This document shows, piece by piece, positions 63,765 through 64,000 of a stretch of DNA of 64,000 bases. The stretch covers positions 3,552,001 through 3,616,000 of the forward strand of contig OZ243938.1 of assembly GCA_965214095.1 (NCBI GenBank). The letters are read 5' to 3'. Position 1 is the stretch's first letter; each line of letters begins with the position of its first letter. This DNA is from Candidatus Poribacteria bacterium (lineage in GTDB: Bacteria; Poribacteria; WGA-4E; WGA-3G). The position numbers and the translations under genes are program-made. The notes below the pieces were generated by a model that was not told the origin of the DNA, did no database searches, and saw only the letters and a program-made list of their open reading frames with translations.

Positions 63765-64000
63765 TTGTTGGTTTCCTTTTGTATCAATTTGATTTCTGCG
63801 GGTGTTAATTCGTATAGCTTGTATACCAACTGGTTTATTTCTTGTTCAATGGAAGGGACATCAGCACTATCAGGTTTGCTGAGTATCCGATGAACTAAAA
63901 GAGATAATCCTGTCTTTTGATCTATATTCATTTTGGCTATTGGGACTGTTGACATCTTTCCCTTGCGCAACTTGAGACTTAATTTATTTTCAGCCTGATT
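63761..64000 (-). CDS. C-terminal fragment of a probable type IIG / TaqI-like methyltransferase-endonuclease; 5' end lies outside the window
   Basis: Frame open to the window edge; IEQEINQLVYKLYELTPAEIKLI tail typical of these enzymes. Confidence 0.6.
   Translation of the reverse strand, partial: NQAENKLSLKLRKGKMSTVPIAKMNIDQKTGLSLLVHRILSKPDSADVPSIEQEINQLVYKLYELTPAEIKLIQKETNK

Overview
Bacterial chromosomal window, most likely Candidatus Poribacteria. This is inferred from the recurring V(D/E)PKGK..W..LK tails, a PNPFNPETWIP tail domain, YWTD/LamG/lamin-tail proteins, PhyH, BMC genes and trypsin-TPR paralogues; it was not verified by search. Housekeeping genes (ileS, tsaE, ligA, a stand-alone rpoBC operon) are mixed with catabolic enzymes and accessory genes. 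Main observations: (1) a tnpB-less IS200/IS605 omegaRNA-like scaffold with its own promoter and terminator, between two MITE-like elements after rpoC; (2) a DUF3800 gene followed by a convergent ~75-nt structured RNA with its own promoter; (3) an RpoC with about 13 tandem ~40-aa modules in the trigger-loop insertion that resemble its own N-terminal clamp segment, plus unusual secondary-channel and rifamycin-pocket residues in RpoB/RpoC; (4) an Ile-codon leader-peptide attenuator upstream of a GxHH-type IleRS2; (5) TATAGT-ended MITE-like shells carrying GTAG-type REP hairpins, plus a filled/empty pair of a second shell type; (6) a shared C-terminal sorting-like motif in four proteins and one orphan intergenic remnant. 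All calls come from reading the sequence; no database searches were run.
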